Source: Octopus bimaculoides
Lineage: Eukaryota
Direction: 5' to 3'
Length of the DNA stretch: 64,000 bases
Assembly (NCBI RefSeq): GCF_001194135.2
Contig: NC_068999.1
Span: forward strand, 699,721-763,720
The translations under genes were made by a program, and so were the position numbers. The notes below the pieces were generated by a model. That model was not told where the DNA came from. It did not search any database and worked only from the letters and a program-made list of their open reading frames with translations. This document shows, one piece after another, positions 11,413 through 25,130 of this stretch; within the stretch, counting starts at the first letter, position 1, and each line of letters opens with the position of its first letter.

Positions 11413-11760
11413 AAGGACGCTTTATTAGGGTACCGAATACTGCCTTATTAGCCGTGATAAATCCATTCTTATATACGCTTGGTGCCTTAAAGTATACACA
11501 TAGGTCGTAGCAAACGAAATTCGTCTGTCACGAACGCTGGAATTCCCACATCTCTTGATTTTGGTTTATTGCGCTTCATAAATGAGAATCGCCAGGAGAT
11601 CCTGCAGACCGAAATCACGTGATGTGGGAATATTGGCGCACGTGACAGATAGATTTCGTCTGCTACGATCTAGGTGTAAGCTTTTATGCAACATGTGTTT
11701 ACAACAATGGATTTCTCACGGCTAATAACGCACTATTCAGTCTTCTAATAAGGCATCCGT
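11413..11760. mobile_element. fold-back / MITE-like element with ~150-bp imperfect inverted arms
   Basis: Left arm 11413-11565 (..ttattagccgtgataaatccatt..cacataggtcgtagcaaacgaaattcgtctgtcacg..ttcccacatc) is the reverse complement of right arm 11608-11760 (gatgtgggaa..cgtgacagatagatttcgtctgctacgatctaggtg..aatggatttctcacggctaataa); spacer about 42 bp. Confidence 0.75.
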
Positions 11761-12739
11761 GTCGGGTTGGATATAAATATTACATTTTGGAATTAATGCT
11801 ACTTCTCTCGCTAATAACTCACATTTACTATTATTTTTCGGTAAGGCGAGGCGATATTACATTTTCGGCTTTGGGATGTAGAAATTCAAGAGGAATCCCA
11901 TTTATATATTTCTAATTAAATGAAATTATAGATTCAAAGTATATGCTGTATAGTTTCAGAATTCTTCTCATGGTAGCAATTAATAACCACATTGGTAATC
12001 TAAGATTTACTCCTTCAACCAATCTATGACGAAACCTTCAAAGGAACCGTGTATTAGGCATATCTGTATGGTAAAAGTGCAATACCTAAGGTGAAGTAAT
12101 GCAAACATCATTTTCTTTTTAGATCAGTAATTTACTCTACATTACTGACATCAACGGTGGTGAGATAATATCAATTTGAAAACCGGAATTATTGATTTAT
12201 TCATTTGTATGTGCCGACCAAAATTTTCATTAGACATAAGTAAATATATCTCCATTTACCATTTGCAGAATATAGCTCAGTCAATAAACTAAGATCAATT
12301 CGACGCCATACAGAGGTGAAGTTGAGGCAATGCGTGATCATGATCAGCCCATGGTAAAGACAAAATGAGACACTTTATTTATTCATTATAAATATATCAA
12401 ACGAAGTTTAATAATTTCGAAGTACAATCATAGTATAAGCTTTCTTTCAGTCAAAATCTTTTGAATGTTTAGGCCTCTTCGTTTCCTTCATTTTATTCCC
12501 CTGATCTACATTGGCCTCAAGCATTGTTTGGGACAAAACCGTACATGATAAATGAGTCATAACAAGTATATATCGATAAAATCATGAAGCTTACGTGAAA
12601 GAAGACAAGACTCAATACTGGGTCGGCGTATGAAAGCGAACCGTATCAATTACAGAGGAACTGAATCAAATTCATCCAATAAACAGGTTGTATTGAATAT
12701 TTTGAATTATCGAATCCGAAATCATGAGGTATCAGTGAT

Positions 12740-12935
12740 ACATATATCATCAATCATTAATGGACATGCTCACATGGTTGAGGTCAAGCAGCTGACAAGC
12801 AAATCTGTGGTACTCAGTAGAATATTTGTTGTAGCCCATCATTTACACAAAGAGAAAATAAGTACCTGATAACACTTCCAATCAGTTAAGATCAGATGCC
12901 ATGAGAGCCACAGCCTGGTACTGTTTTAAGGCATT
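12740..12935. mobile_element. probable interspersed repeat, class unknown
   Basis: The stretch gtcaagcagctgacaagcaaatctgtgg...ttccaatcagttaagatcagatgccatgagagccacagcctggtactg resembles a common octopus repeat as I recall it. It occurs only once here and is unverified. Confidence 0.3.
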
Positions 12936-12944
12936 TAATATTAT

Positions 12945-13008
12945 CATTACCATCATGATCATCATCATCATAATCGTCGTCATCATCATCATCATCATCA
13001 TCATCAAC
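12945..13008. repeat. (ATC)n microsatellite
   Basis: Directly visible. Confidence 0.9.
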
Positions 13009-13554
13009 ATCTTTCGGGTCTGTATGAAATTAGGGAAAAATGCCGATTCTTTCGCTCCATAAAAAAATTTCTATCTTACATTAATAACAGACAATTAAGT
13101 CGGCACTGAATAAAGAAACCGCCATTATCAATGCCATCATGGCGGTAGATTTGGCAAAATTCTTACGCATCACACACCCTCACACATCCTCAAAATATTC
13201 TAAAATAAATTCAGAGCCGCACATTTCGAATCTATTAGACTGGAAGTGTTTAAAAAGAAAGAAAGGAGAGAAAAAAAACCCACTGCATATTACAACCGCA
13301 TACAATCCCAAACACAAATACACACACATGTACAGCCAAAGAATTCTTTCACATGCATGCGTATGCTTGCATTGACATTATCAATAATACACAATTCCTA
13401 TTAATCTAAATTGAACCAGATGCATTTTCCTGATTTGAAATTAAAACCTGTTGACAATTATGCAAATAGGAACAGCAGAAAATAAAATGGAATCAAACCA
13501 TAAAAAGAAAATAAATTTATTAAAAAGGGAGATAATGTTGATTTTGTTGGTAGT

Positions 13555-13847
13555 GATTATGATGATGATGATGATGATGAGTGTAGTTATTGGATTACAC
13601 TGTTAATACCAATGACGATGACGGTGATGATGACGGCGTCGCCGATGAGGATAAGGACGATGTTCGAGTCGATGACACTTTTGACGGTTGTGGTAGAGAT
13701 TAGTATAATGATGATAACGATGGTGGTGATGGTGGTGGTGGTAGTAGTAGTGAATGAAATAGAGAGAAAGAGACGAACGTGTTTCCTGCAAATGATGATT
13801 ACGACGTTGACGATAACGATGATAAACATGATGTTTATTATTATTAC

Positions 13848-13930
<83 letters not shown>

Positions 13931-14260
13931 TCATCATCATCATCATTATTGCAGTAATGATTGTAAGAATGGATGTAAGAGTTACTTTCCTGGTGTTACT
14001 GGTGATGATGATGGTGATGACAAGCGTGATCATGCTGCTACTGATCATGATGATGATTATGATATTGCTATTGCACTCATGATGATGAAGATGATTATGA
14101 TGACGACGACGACGACGACGACGATGATTTTGATGATGGCTATGGGGATGGTGATGTTGCAAATAATAATGATGAAGTTTATGATCATGATAACGACGTC
14201 GTCGATGACGAAGTTGACAATAATTATGAAGAGGATCTTGATTATGACGATGATGTTGTT
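13555..14260. repeat. long compound trinucleotide tract (GAT/GAC/GGT/ATT/AAT/ATC)
   Basis: Directly visible; explains the six overlapping poly-M/I/H/T ORFs. Confidence 0.9.
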
Positions 14261-14504
14261 TGGTAATGAACGTGACCTCATTTGTAGTAACTGCGATGTC
14301 GGTGATGTTATTGGCAATATCATCCTCTCAGTGCAAATTTCTCCAGCATTAATTAAACTTGGTGATTCATTAACTGTTTAAAAAAAAATGATTAACAAAT
14401 CAATATTAATATAAAATATTAATATACCGGTTCTTCTAATTAAAAAAAACAAACACGTTCACTATTTGTAATATCGATTCTAAAGATTGACCGAATGCCA
14501 TAGA

Positions 14505-14590
14505 TTTAAGCGACGGTAGGGGTTATATTCGATATTATCGATCTCCTGGTTATCATCAGTCATTTTATCTCGCAGAAGGATTTGAACTCA
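14505..14590 (-). mobile_element. SINE family A, heavily degenerate fragment
   Basis: ttcgatattatcgatctcctgg...cattttatc...ggatttgaactca. Confidence 0.45.
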
Positions 14591-15025
14591 TAAAAACGAG
14601 GAATAGCGACGGGAAGAAACGTGCCAGCAGCACTTGTTATTGATAATACACAGATTTTAACAAAGATATTACTCTCGTATATAATACATATATACATATA
14701 TACATATATATATACACCCGCACAGGCAGACAGACATATATATCAAAATAGGATTATTGGCCCCTTAGTCTAAAGAATGGGAGCGATGACCTCCCCTGGC
14801 AAATAATAATCGGACATAGAATTTGTGTCGTTAGCCAACTAGAAGAGATGTAGTACTCTCCCGTCTAGGACGCCATGTTATATACATACACACATATCTT
14901 TCAAATTCGTTTTACGGGAAACGTTTTGAATATGCAAATATAGCTGGCCACAGTCTAGTGATGCTGACTGGTGAACCAGTTTTTACTCTTACATCGAACT
15001 GTGACGGTATAATGTAGGATGAATG

Positions 15026-15059
15026 TAGTAGTAATAATAATAATAATAATAACAACAGC

Positions 15060-15142
<83 letters not shown>
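15026..15142. repeat. (AGT)(AAT)n(AAC)n(AAT)n microsatellite
   Basis: Directly visible. Confidence 0.95.
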
Positions 15143-15143
<1 letters not shown>

Positions 15144-16006
15144 CCTTGGATGGAATTTATAAACATTTAATTGCATCGCTATGTGCTTTTCCAGAAATTA
15201 TATGTCTGTTAAGATCCCTGTCCGTAAATCTGGAATTATTATAGTTAGTCCGTTGTGTCTGTAGGCATTGGGTGGATCATCTGGTCAAAAGGAGTAAACA
15301 TCCCTCTAGTTATCATCCAATAACGTTATATCGCCCGAAGAAATGGATCCATGAATATGATCTACCCGATGACCACGGATACTACTGACTACACTGTAAT
15401 CATCCAAGGAATACACACTGTGATCATAAGAGACGGGATTTAAGCAAACGCGCGTAGCGATGCATTCATGTTTATAAATCCCATCCGAGGATTAATGTTA
15501 TTATTAATATATATATACAATTATACATGTACTTTCAGAATTTGAACCCAAAGCGAAAAAGAAAGAAATTCACTGAAAAAGCAGAAGACAGACACGCTAC
15601 AAATTCTGCTGCTTCGTACCCCTGAGACAGATTGTAATAAATGCCACTTCGGTTCGTTTGCCGTCTTTAAAATACAGTTAATATTGAATTTTTCATTCGG
15701 GTCACATTTTCTCCAATTCTTACACAATTGATTCGTTCAACGCCGAACTGTTCATATGGAAGAATATAATAAAGACGCCTCAAGCGTTTCTTTAGATGCT
15801 TTTCCACATTTTAAATATGCGAACCTTCAGCGTTTCGGAAAGTGTGAACAAAAATGAAGAAATTAGTGAAAGGCGGAGAACCGGAGAACTGTGCATGTGT
15901 ACACACACACACTCACACACACACGCACACACATATTTACATAATGTATATTTCTTATAAAAAGAAATATACGTTAACGTGTATGTTTACACACAACTGT
16001 ACGTGA

Positions 16007-16008
<2 letters not shown>

Positions 16009-16076
<68 letters not shown>

Positions 16077-16090
16077 ATATATATACATAC
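16009..16090. repeat. (AT)n microsatellite
   Basis: Directly visible. Confidence 0.95.
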
Positions 16091-16959
16091 ATGCTTGTCG
16101 CATTATTTCAATTGAAGGAGGAGAAACGTCATTCGTATTGAAAGAAATAAAGCCCATTACAAAACAAAGATTTAGCAGGCTTCAGGCTCTGAATATTGGC
16201 GCAGCCTATATTTTGCGTACCTCATTGATAGATTAGTAGCTGAACACATATATTCCTAATACAGACGGAAATTATATTCACATAGAATAAGTAAATAGAT
16301 TCTGCAGATTTCCGCCATATTGTATTAATATCGTTATACTATTAATAATTTAATATTTTCTTTATTTAAGTGAAGGAATATGTTGATTTATGAGAATGTG
16401 TAAGAATAAAATGTTAAAATTCTTTATTGAATAAATTTATTCACAAAACGTTATTGTTAACCTGGATTAATTTTCAGATATGAATTCATTTCTGTGTATT
16501 TTATACTGGAAAACACGACATGAAAATCAGCATATTTCTTTCATCATTCCTCAAATATGCTTGTGATATTTTAAGCAAAATACGAATGGATAATTTCCAC
16601 GTTCAGACATTTTTTCTTTCTTTTACGCTGTAGCGATATTCGTTGCCATTAAAAACTATTCCAATTGTAATATTAGGGATAATATTAAAGAACATTTTTT
16701 CTGAGTATGTAGACTATCATGAGAAAATCTGCTTATCTCCAAGAAAGATAGAAATCATACAAATTCTTTAGTTTTGCGAATTATTTTCTTTTCCTGATAT
16801 TAGGAATATTTCGTTTCTATGGAATATTTTGATTTCTTCAGAAATATATTTAGGAGTTAGAATATCGTTATATTTTCTGATAACATTTTTCATTAATCTT
16901 GCTATCTTTATGTTTCTTAAATAAATTAGTAGGTACTTATTTGGCGTATGTGTGTATAA

Positions 16960-17083
16960 TACATACATACGTATTTACACACACAAACACACACACATAT
17001 ACATATATGCAAATATATATGTATCTATGTATATACATACACACCCACAATACACACACATGCATACATACATACATACATAT

Positions 17084-17135
<52 letters not shown>

Positions 17136-17540
17136 CGCGGTATCACAGTAAAGACCAAACCCAGAATATTGGATGTTGTTGTTGTATACCGCTTGCCACA
17201 ATACACTTCACATAGTCTTCACCTACGAATGATGCCTCCCCACTGGCCGTATAAGCCAAGATTGCCCCTGATCAAAAAGCTATTTCTTTGCAGTGTTACC
17301 CTGCCATACACGAGAACGTAAACAAAGAAACGAACAGCAATAATGAAGAATGGGAGGACACACATACACACACACACGCACACACACATACACGCACACT
17401 TGCACGCGCACTCACCCACACGCACGCACACTCACGCACGCAGGCACGCACACACACACACACATACACACACACGCACACGTAGGCATACATACACAGA
17501 CACACACACAAACATACACACGCAGTCACATATATACAAC
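16960..17540. repeat. two compound CA/AT/CATA/CACG microsatellite blocks (16960-17135 and 17360-17540)
   Basis: Directly visible. Confidence 0.9.
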
Positions 17541-18249
17541 GAAATTCCTCACAGTTGCCGGCTACCAAATTCATTGTCTTTTTATCAGATGGCCTGGCAC
17601 TGTGCCGCACAGTAAAACTGAACCTGGATTCCCGTGGTTGTACAGTGAGTTTTTAAACACACCCACCATTTGTTAAATGAAAAGTTATAATATTCAGAAA
17701 TCCAACGCCGTCTACCAAGGTATACAAAAAAAGAACAAACTGAATCGTTCATCATCTGCCTTGAGTCACCATGTTTATTACAAGTTCTCTGGCGCTTGTT
17801 CACTTTCTCCGATATAAAAACATTTGTGAGAGACTTGCTTTCATCTGGTGGATTCGTGAATATACTTTTTCTCTGAAGAACGACAAGATTGTGTAGAAAT
17901 CTCAGCGAATGACTCGTTTTATATATATTTCTATATTTCTCCAATTTCTCTCTATGTATCTATAATGGTATCTGTTTAATACAGCAATCATCAATGCAGT
18001 GGCATAGATAAGAAAGATCATGTGTGTAGCATCGCTTAAAACGACGCAAGTCTCCCTTAATTCTATACTTTTCTAAGCTACAATGAAAAAGCAAGAAAGA
18101 GACAAGGAAAGAAAAAGATTAAAAAAGGGACAGAAACAGACAAAGAAAGAAAGGCAGAAAGAATGAGGCAAAGAAAGAAAGAATGAAAAGACAACTTTAA
18201 ATCAACTTATCTCATCTACGACCCACTTCGATTGATCTTCTTTAGATTT

Positions 18250-18850
18250 CCCCACCACCACCACAACCTCCTCCACTACGACCGTCATCAGCATCATCAT
18301 CATCATCGTCGTCGTCGTCGTCGCCGTCGTTGTTATCATCATCATCATCATAGTCATCATGAGCAACACCACACCAACAATCAACAGCCTCACCGCTAAC
18401 ACAAACCACAACCCATCACCACCACCACCACCACCACCACCACAACCATCACCACCACCACCACCACCACCACCACNNNNNNNNNNNNNNNNNNNNNNNN
18501 NNNNNNNNNNNNNNNNNNNNNNNNNNNNNNNNNNNNNNNNNNNNNNNNNNNNNNNNNNNNNNNNNNNNNNNNNNNNNNNNNNNNNNNNNNNNNNNNNNNN
18601 NNNNNNNNNNNNNNNNNNNNNNNNNNNNNNNNNNNNNNNNNNNNNNNNNNNNNNNNNNNNNNNNNNNNNNNNNNNNNNNNNNNNNNNNNNNNNNNNNNNN
18701 NNNNNNNNNNNNNNNNNNNNNNNNNNNNNNNNNNNNNNNNNNNNNNCACCACCACCACCTCCACCACCACCACCGCCTCCGCCATCACCGTCTTCTTCTT
18801 CTTCTTCTTCTTCTTCTTCTTCTTCTTCTTCTTCTTCTTCTTCTTCTTCT
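18250..18850. repeat. (CAT)/(CGT)/(CCA)n across a gap, then (TCT)n
   Basis: Directly visible on both sides of gap 18477-18746. Confidence 0.9.
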
Positions 18851-20079
18851 TTCTCCGCCTTTTCCATCAAATTCTTATTCTTCATTCTGCTTTCTAATTC
18901 TTTCTTCTCATCATTCTTTAGTTTCCTCTCTTCAGTTTCCTTTTCATATTCCAAAGAAACACCTATTCCCGTCCTCCTGGAAGCTTCCAATTCCTCAAAT
19001 CAAACAACTGGAATAATTGCAGTAATATATAATCAACAAACAAGAAAAGGAACATGACAGTTCGTACAATAATTCCACTTCTTTTTGCCAGGATTACTAA
19101 CCTAACATCGACGCAAACAAGTTCTGACGACAAATCGTCTTGTTAAGCATGTTTTTCAACACACTTATTACATTTTATGGTCTCTCCTCCCAGTTAGAAT
19201 CCTAAATTGACAGATGCATATACCCTCAAGAATTTTCCGATTTCCAACTGGTAAATATGTCCTCTTTATGCAAATGCGACTCTTCCATAAACATGGTCTA
19301 CAGCAAACTGGATTGAAATAACCATTTGTTTGAACAATGACATACCTTGTGAATATTTATAATGCTAATGAATATTTATAAGGTTAATGAAGACAAAATA
19401 AGGAGAGACCGGCAGCTGAATCCCCACCAAAAACAAAATAAATAATACTTACGATCGAAAATTTAGGAAATAAACGTGTTTTTATGCAATCAGAAGAAAA
19501 GCTAGACAAAGCAGCTAAATGCTAAATTTTCTTTACGAATTACACCACGAATTTTGATACCCGAGGATTATTTTCGATGGAATATTTTCATATATATATA
19601 TATATAAATGAAGTCCGTAGGAAAGGGTGGCCATAGCAAGGAATACTTTCCTCATATGTTTACACAATTAGGTCTAACCTGTGGTAAAATTACATCACCG
19701 ACACACATAATACTACACCTGATTTAACTGACACGGTTTCCAATCAAAGAAGGGTGCCTATACGCATGTGAAAGCGTTTACATATGTGTGTCCGCATGTG
19801 CACATATGTACCTGAGTGTTAGATAGTGCATGCTTACATGTGTCTGTGTCTTCACATTGATTCGGGTTGTGGTGTGTGTGGATTGACATGAAAAATACAT
19901 GGCCGTCCAAAGAACANNNNNNNNNNACTCATAAATAAGGACCAGTTAAGCATTCAACTTCCCTTTTTGTCTGCCTTGTTTTCGGGACTCTGGAGCAGGG
20001 ATCGGAGCAGCTCGTATAAAACAAACCAGGAACAACAACAACTACGAATGTCGGGGAGGGCTACATCGATTTTTGTTAA

Positions 20080-20215
20080 CACCAGTGTTCAACTGTTACC
20101 ATGAAACAATGAAAGGCAAAGTCAACCTCGGCGGAATGGAACTCTGAACGTAAGGACGGACGAAAAGCTGCTAAGCATTTGGTTCGGCGTGCTACTAATC
20201 CTGTCAGCTCACCGT
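20080..20215 (-). mobile_element. SINE family A with internal deletion
   Basis: gaaaggcaaagtcaacctcggcggaatggaactctgaacgtaaggacggacgaaa..gctaagcattt..cggcgtgcta..atcctgtcagctcaccg. Confidence 0.8.
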
Positions 20216-20235
20216 TTACAACAATCAAAAGTAGT

Positions 20236-20257
20236 GATGTTGATGATGATGATGATG

Positions 20258-20333
<76 letters not shown>

Positions 20334-20400
20334 CAACAACAACAACAACAGCAACTACAGTAGCAGCGGTAGCAGCAACAACGGCAATAATATTAGTAAT
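20236..20400. repeat. (GAT)n(AAT)n(AAC)n microsatellite
   Basis: Directly visible. Confidence 0.95.
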
Positions 20401-21744
20401 AACAATAATTCGCCTAAAGTCACAAGGAAATTATCATTCTTTATGCTCTTATCGAAAGCCCTCTAATGTTAATGGGCAAAAATGTTTTGCATATTTAAAT
20501 TTAGAGATAGACTTTATATTCGCTTCATTTGTTTATATTATTCATAACCTCACCACATTTTTTCTGTGCATTTAGTAATGGACGCAATCAGCTCCATTGC
20601 ATTACCGAAGTTGCAACATCACTTTCCAATTTTTTCAGTTTACATTTTATATCTCTGAGTTTTACCTTTTAAATGTCGCCATGCCGATTAACAGAGGAAG
20701 CTACTGATTCCATCTTTGTTCTAATATGGCCACTTTAATGCCTTATTTGCTAAGAGCATTGAGGAATTCTTTATTTGTTATTTGCAAGCCTTTTGTTAAT
20801 ATTAAATCACCAAACTTGATAGACATCTTCGCGGAGGAGAAACTTATACTCTGAATGATAATCTTGTGAAGTCAGGTTCAATTTCTTATTGTAGCTGCTC
20901 CATTGTTTGTCTTCGGACTCTGAGTATTCGACGAAAACCATCGCTGTTACAATGTTTCTTCAATATTTGAACTAAGTTCAAGTAATGCAGAAATATGATG
21001 TAAACCTGTGATTAAGAAAACTCGGTAATTTCATTAGAAATAAAATGCTTTCTCCTTTTACCTTTTCTATTACAATTATAAATGTCTCTGCTCCACGTGC
21101 CTGAGAGAGAGAGAGGGGGGCGGGAGAATTATGGGCATTACCACGTCTTTCAGATCCAGCAAAGAAATGTTTAAAGAAGATGAAATGACGTAAACTATAT
21201 ACTATACGTTCCTGTGTGCAGTTCGTCAGGCTTCTGTATCTCTATCGGGTAACTCTCTAGTATATTTAAATTGTACGGTCATATATAAGATTTATCTGAG
21301 AAACGGCGATAATAGCTAAAATGCTATTGATCTATTTCCGGTACAGTAGCGCAGTTCAAGTCCAAGAGCTAGGGCAAAGTAATGTATCACAACTTCGAAA
21401 TTTACCCACTAACAATGACTATCAAATTTATATTTCGTTCATAAGGTCAGAATAATCATCCATAAAAATATAGTATAGGCGTGTAAATTACAGTAGCTCT
21501 CTCTTAAGCTGACGTTTATACTGAAAACATTGCTAATGTCCATCATCATCACTAAAATAATATGTTGTGAGTTTATTGTGTCTAAAAGTTTCTCCTTTAT
21601 ATGTAACTTATTGTCATTTACATAGAGAGCTCAGCCAAAGTTTAAGAAAGTTAAGTAACAGCACTGAATACGAGAAGAGAATAACACCATAATAAACACA
21701 CATATCTACTGTACTATTGTAAATGTTTGTTCTTAAACTCAGAC

Positions 21745-21747
<3 letters not shown>

Positions 21748-21806
<59 letters not shown>

Positions 21807-21815
21807 ATATATATC
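21748..21815. repeat. (AT)n microsatellite
   Basis: Directly visible. Confidence 0.95.
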
Positions 21816-23070
21816 TACATAAAAATATATGTACGTGGAAAAATACACAGGTGTGTGTGTCTCTATATATGTATACATATATGTATGTGTGTCTCTCTCT
21901 ATATCCTTATCTGTGCTTGTGTATAACGATGCCAACAGACGTAAATCAATCGCGATATGTACCCTCAAAATAGAGGAAACTCCTGGAAACATTCGTAATT
22001 TAAGGAAAATTCCTGGAACAATCTATTTAGGAATATATTATCCATTGTGTTTTTCTTATTTTAAAAACCGTTGGATATAATTTAAGATTTATTTCCCTAC
22101 AATTTCTAACTTATCATTAGCTCATCACACAAATATTGATTAACATTAGGACAGTCTCCATGAAGCAAAGCTATGGTTGAAATTATTGCTGAAGAAAGCC
22201 TTTAATGATTTAATTTTGTACTCACATAATGATTCAAGGGAGTGTAAATGTGAATGTGTATCTATTTGAAAGATGGCGTAATATGATTTCAGGGAGATTA
22301 GAGGCGACTTTTAGCTGATCAAGCACAAAGTAGATACTGCCTCATTCGAATGTTAGAGAACCGTTTGTGTAAGTAAAGTTAAATAGCTTTCTACTAAGTA
22401 TATAAAATCTAGCAGAAGATACATCAGCCATTAACTGACATGTTTCCTTTCACGCCATGCCAATATAATATTATATCAGTTATGTTTCATCTCACAGAAC
22501 ACAAATGGATAAAGTATGGAAGCATTCGTATTAAAAGTCTGAACGAGACAACCGGTAATAATTCACTCTCATAACAAAGAGGACACATATATCATGTTTG
22601 TGAAACAATACACCGATCTATAAACTTATATAACAGTCAGCTTATTCGTAAATATAAAATCATTTATCTTTCTAAACGTATCATCAAAATATCAATGAAT
22701 GCGCTGCTCTTCTTTTTTTTTCAAGTCTATAGACATGTAATATGTGACAAATGGCATTCACATAAACAAGGAAGCGATTAACCATTGCAGAAGTATGCGA
22801 CATATCAATATAGAAAACTGCTTGGCCTTTGTCAGCCATACTCATCTGTATATCACGGATTTATTCTCTACCGCTCTAGCTCACATATTTACACATAAAT
22901 ATACGTACATGCACATATACACAGACACAAACACACATACATACATACACATTCATATATGTCTCTGTGTGTGTATACAAGCATACACACATGCACGTAT
23001 ATGCATATGTATGTATACGTATGTGTGTGTACGTATGTGTATGTAAGCATACATACTTAATTCTTACATA

Positions 23071-23700
23071 CGAAGGTTAGTTGAAAACTTCATTGGCTGA
23101 CCATCATGCGCTTATGGACTGTGAGCTAATGAGGTCTATTTTTCGACAACACCCCCATCCCCATTGCGGTTCACACACTGCTTCCATCGGTGTTGCGGTG
23201 CTTGAATCCCATTTGGAAAGAAACTTTAATCCTCTTGGTCAAAAAAGACATCCAGAAAAGTTATGACGTCATCATCACTGCCATACTGGTTGCCAGAAAA
23301 GTGTTCTTTTACTGTTGGGGACAGATGATAGATGGGACCAAATGAGGAGAATAGGAGGGTGAACAACCAGGTCAAAGCTACAGTCATGCAGGGCAGCCAT
23401 TTGCAGCAACAGCGTGTATACTGGAGCATTGTCCGGATGAAACAAGACACCATTCGTTAGTTTTTTCTGGGTTTTCGGTCTTGATACCCTTTTGAAACAG
23501 CCTCAGCAGTCTGGCATACTACTCTCCATTGATGGTTTGGCCCTTTTGAAGATAGACAATAAACGCATTGCCTTTTGCATCCCCCAAAACTAAGGCTATC
23601 ATCTTCCCTGCACACCTTAGCCTCCCTTCGATCACGTGATGACAGATGTTTCCATTGCATGGATTATTTCTTTGTCACTGGTTCAAAATGATGAACCCAA
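23071..23700 (-). mobile_element. mariner (DD34D) transposon remnant: 3' half of transposase plus 3' TIR
   Basis: Minus-strand translation with frameshifts and stops gives WVHHFEPVTKK*SMQWKH...FHPDNAPVY...HP(P)YSPHLVPS..YHLSPTVKEHFSGNQYGSDDDVI...FFDQED*SFFPNGIQAPQHRWKQCVNRNGD..VEK*. These are the mariner catalytic-domain motifs (HDNA.H, YSPDLAP.D). TIR-like end TA|CGAAGGTTAGTTGAAAACTTC at 23069-23091. Confidence 0.9.
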
Positions 23701-24035
23701 AAGTTATTCTAGATTATGAACACACACACAAATGTGCAGTAATAATGGCGTACCCGGAATGAATAAATAAGTAACGTAATTCAATGGTAGAGTGAGAAAT
23801 CCATGAACCAGGTACCCCAAAACAGCCGGAAGGACGTGGACGATCGGTGTGAGCGTTCGGTAAATGATCTCAATTCAGCGAACAAATAATTCTAAAAACG
23901 TTTCAAGCATGGCTCTACATCAAAAAAGAGAAAAACGAGAAGTTCAGAGAAGGAAGAAAAAGGAAAATCGCCAATCGTCCACGTGTTGTTACATTTCTGA
24001 AATGTAACCACACTTTTCCCCTTTCTCCTTTCTGA

Positions 24036-24036
<1 letters not shown>

Positions 24037-24078
<42 letters not shown>
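24037..24078. repeat. (AT)n microsatellite
   Basis: Directly visible. Confidence 0.95.
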
Positions 24079-24079
<1 letters not shown>

Positions 24080-25034
24080 TTTGTTTTATTAATGTGTGTA
24101 TACATCGATCGATCGAGAGATAGAGGGGAGAGAGAGAGTAAAAGAGTGAGAGACGTGCGTATATGTGCATATCGGTATTCACATGTCTGAATAGAAACCG
24201 ATCGCACGTTTTTATTAAATTGTTATAAATACAACAAATGTTGAATAAATACATACTTTCTAAGTTTGTGACAATATAATGGGATAATTAGATTTCCAAT
24301 AATAGTTTTACGAAATGCAGAGAGAGAAACATAACAAAACAAAATGGTATTTGAAATCCACATTACGACATCACAATTGGAGGAGTATAAAAAGAAGAGA
24401 AACACGAAGAAGACTATTGAGTTCTATAATTGTACCTGAACAAAATCTAATGCTTTAAAAACAACCAACTTTATTCTTTAAATTATGTCAGAGTGGAAGA
24501 TTTTAGTTTGACTGCGACAAAAGCTATATGTTATTAAGGATCGGTTTTAGTACTTTGAAGAAAGTGCGGTCCTACTGTCTTAAGTATATACCATCATGCC
24601 TTCTTGAATAATATGAGTAGATCTGAAGAATTAAATAGCAATGAAATCCCATATCGATTAGAAAATTGTCTTAGCATGATTATGTAGCAGCAATATGGCT
24701 CAGTGATTTGTTTTAAGAAGAGACTGGATTTATTGCGATAGACCAATTTGTGCTCCATCATATATTTAACTATAATTTAGAATAAATGTTAAATTTAAGT
24801 CAGTCTATGGACAATAGTATTCCTGGTGTTTTAAATGAAGCGTTAAACATTTGACTACCTCAATTCGGGAGTATTTAACATAATTATTTCTAATATTTCT
24901 TATCTTTCCAGAATCACAGGAATCTATTGAGTTGGCACATAATTTCGTTATCTGTAGCGTTTCATTTAACCTTTATGAGAATTACAGTCATTAATGCATT
25001 GAATAGAATGCTCTGCTGCAGATGGTCTGACTCT

Positions 25035-25130
25035 TTGGTCACTGAGTTCACATTCTCTACAGGTTACCTTTGCACTCCATTCTTACGAGTCTGATAAAAT
25101 GAATAACCAATCGATTGGGGTCGATTGGTA
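25035..25130 (+). mobile_element. SINE family A, degenerate
   Basis: ctgagttcacattc..aggttacctttgc..tccattc..gagtctgataaaat..accaa..ttggggtcgattggta. Confidence 0.55.

Noticed and set aside
17873-17905. CUGAAGA...GAAA hammerhead-like spacing
   Set aside because: Stem II is poor with no G-C closing pair, and stem I cannot form.
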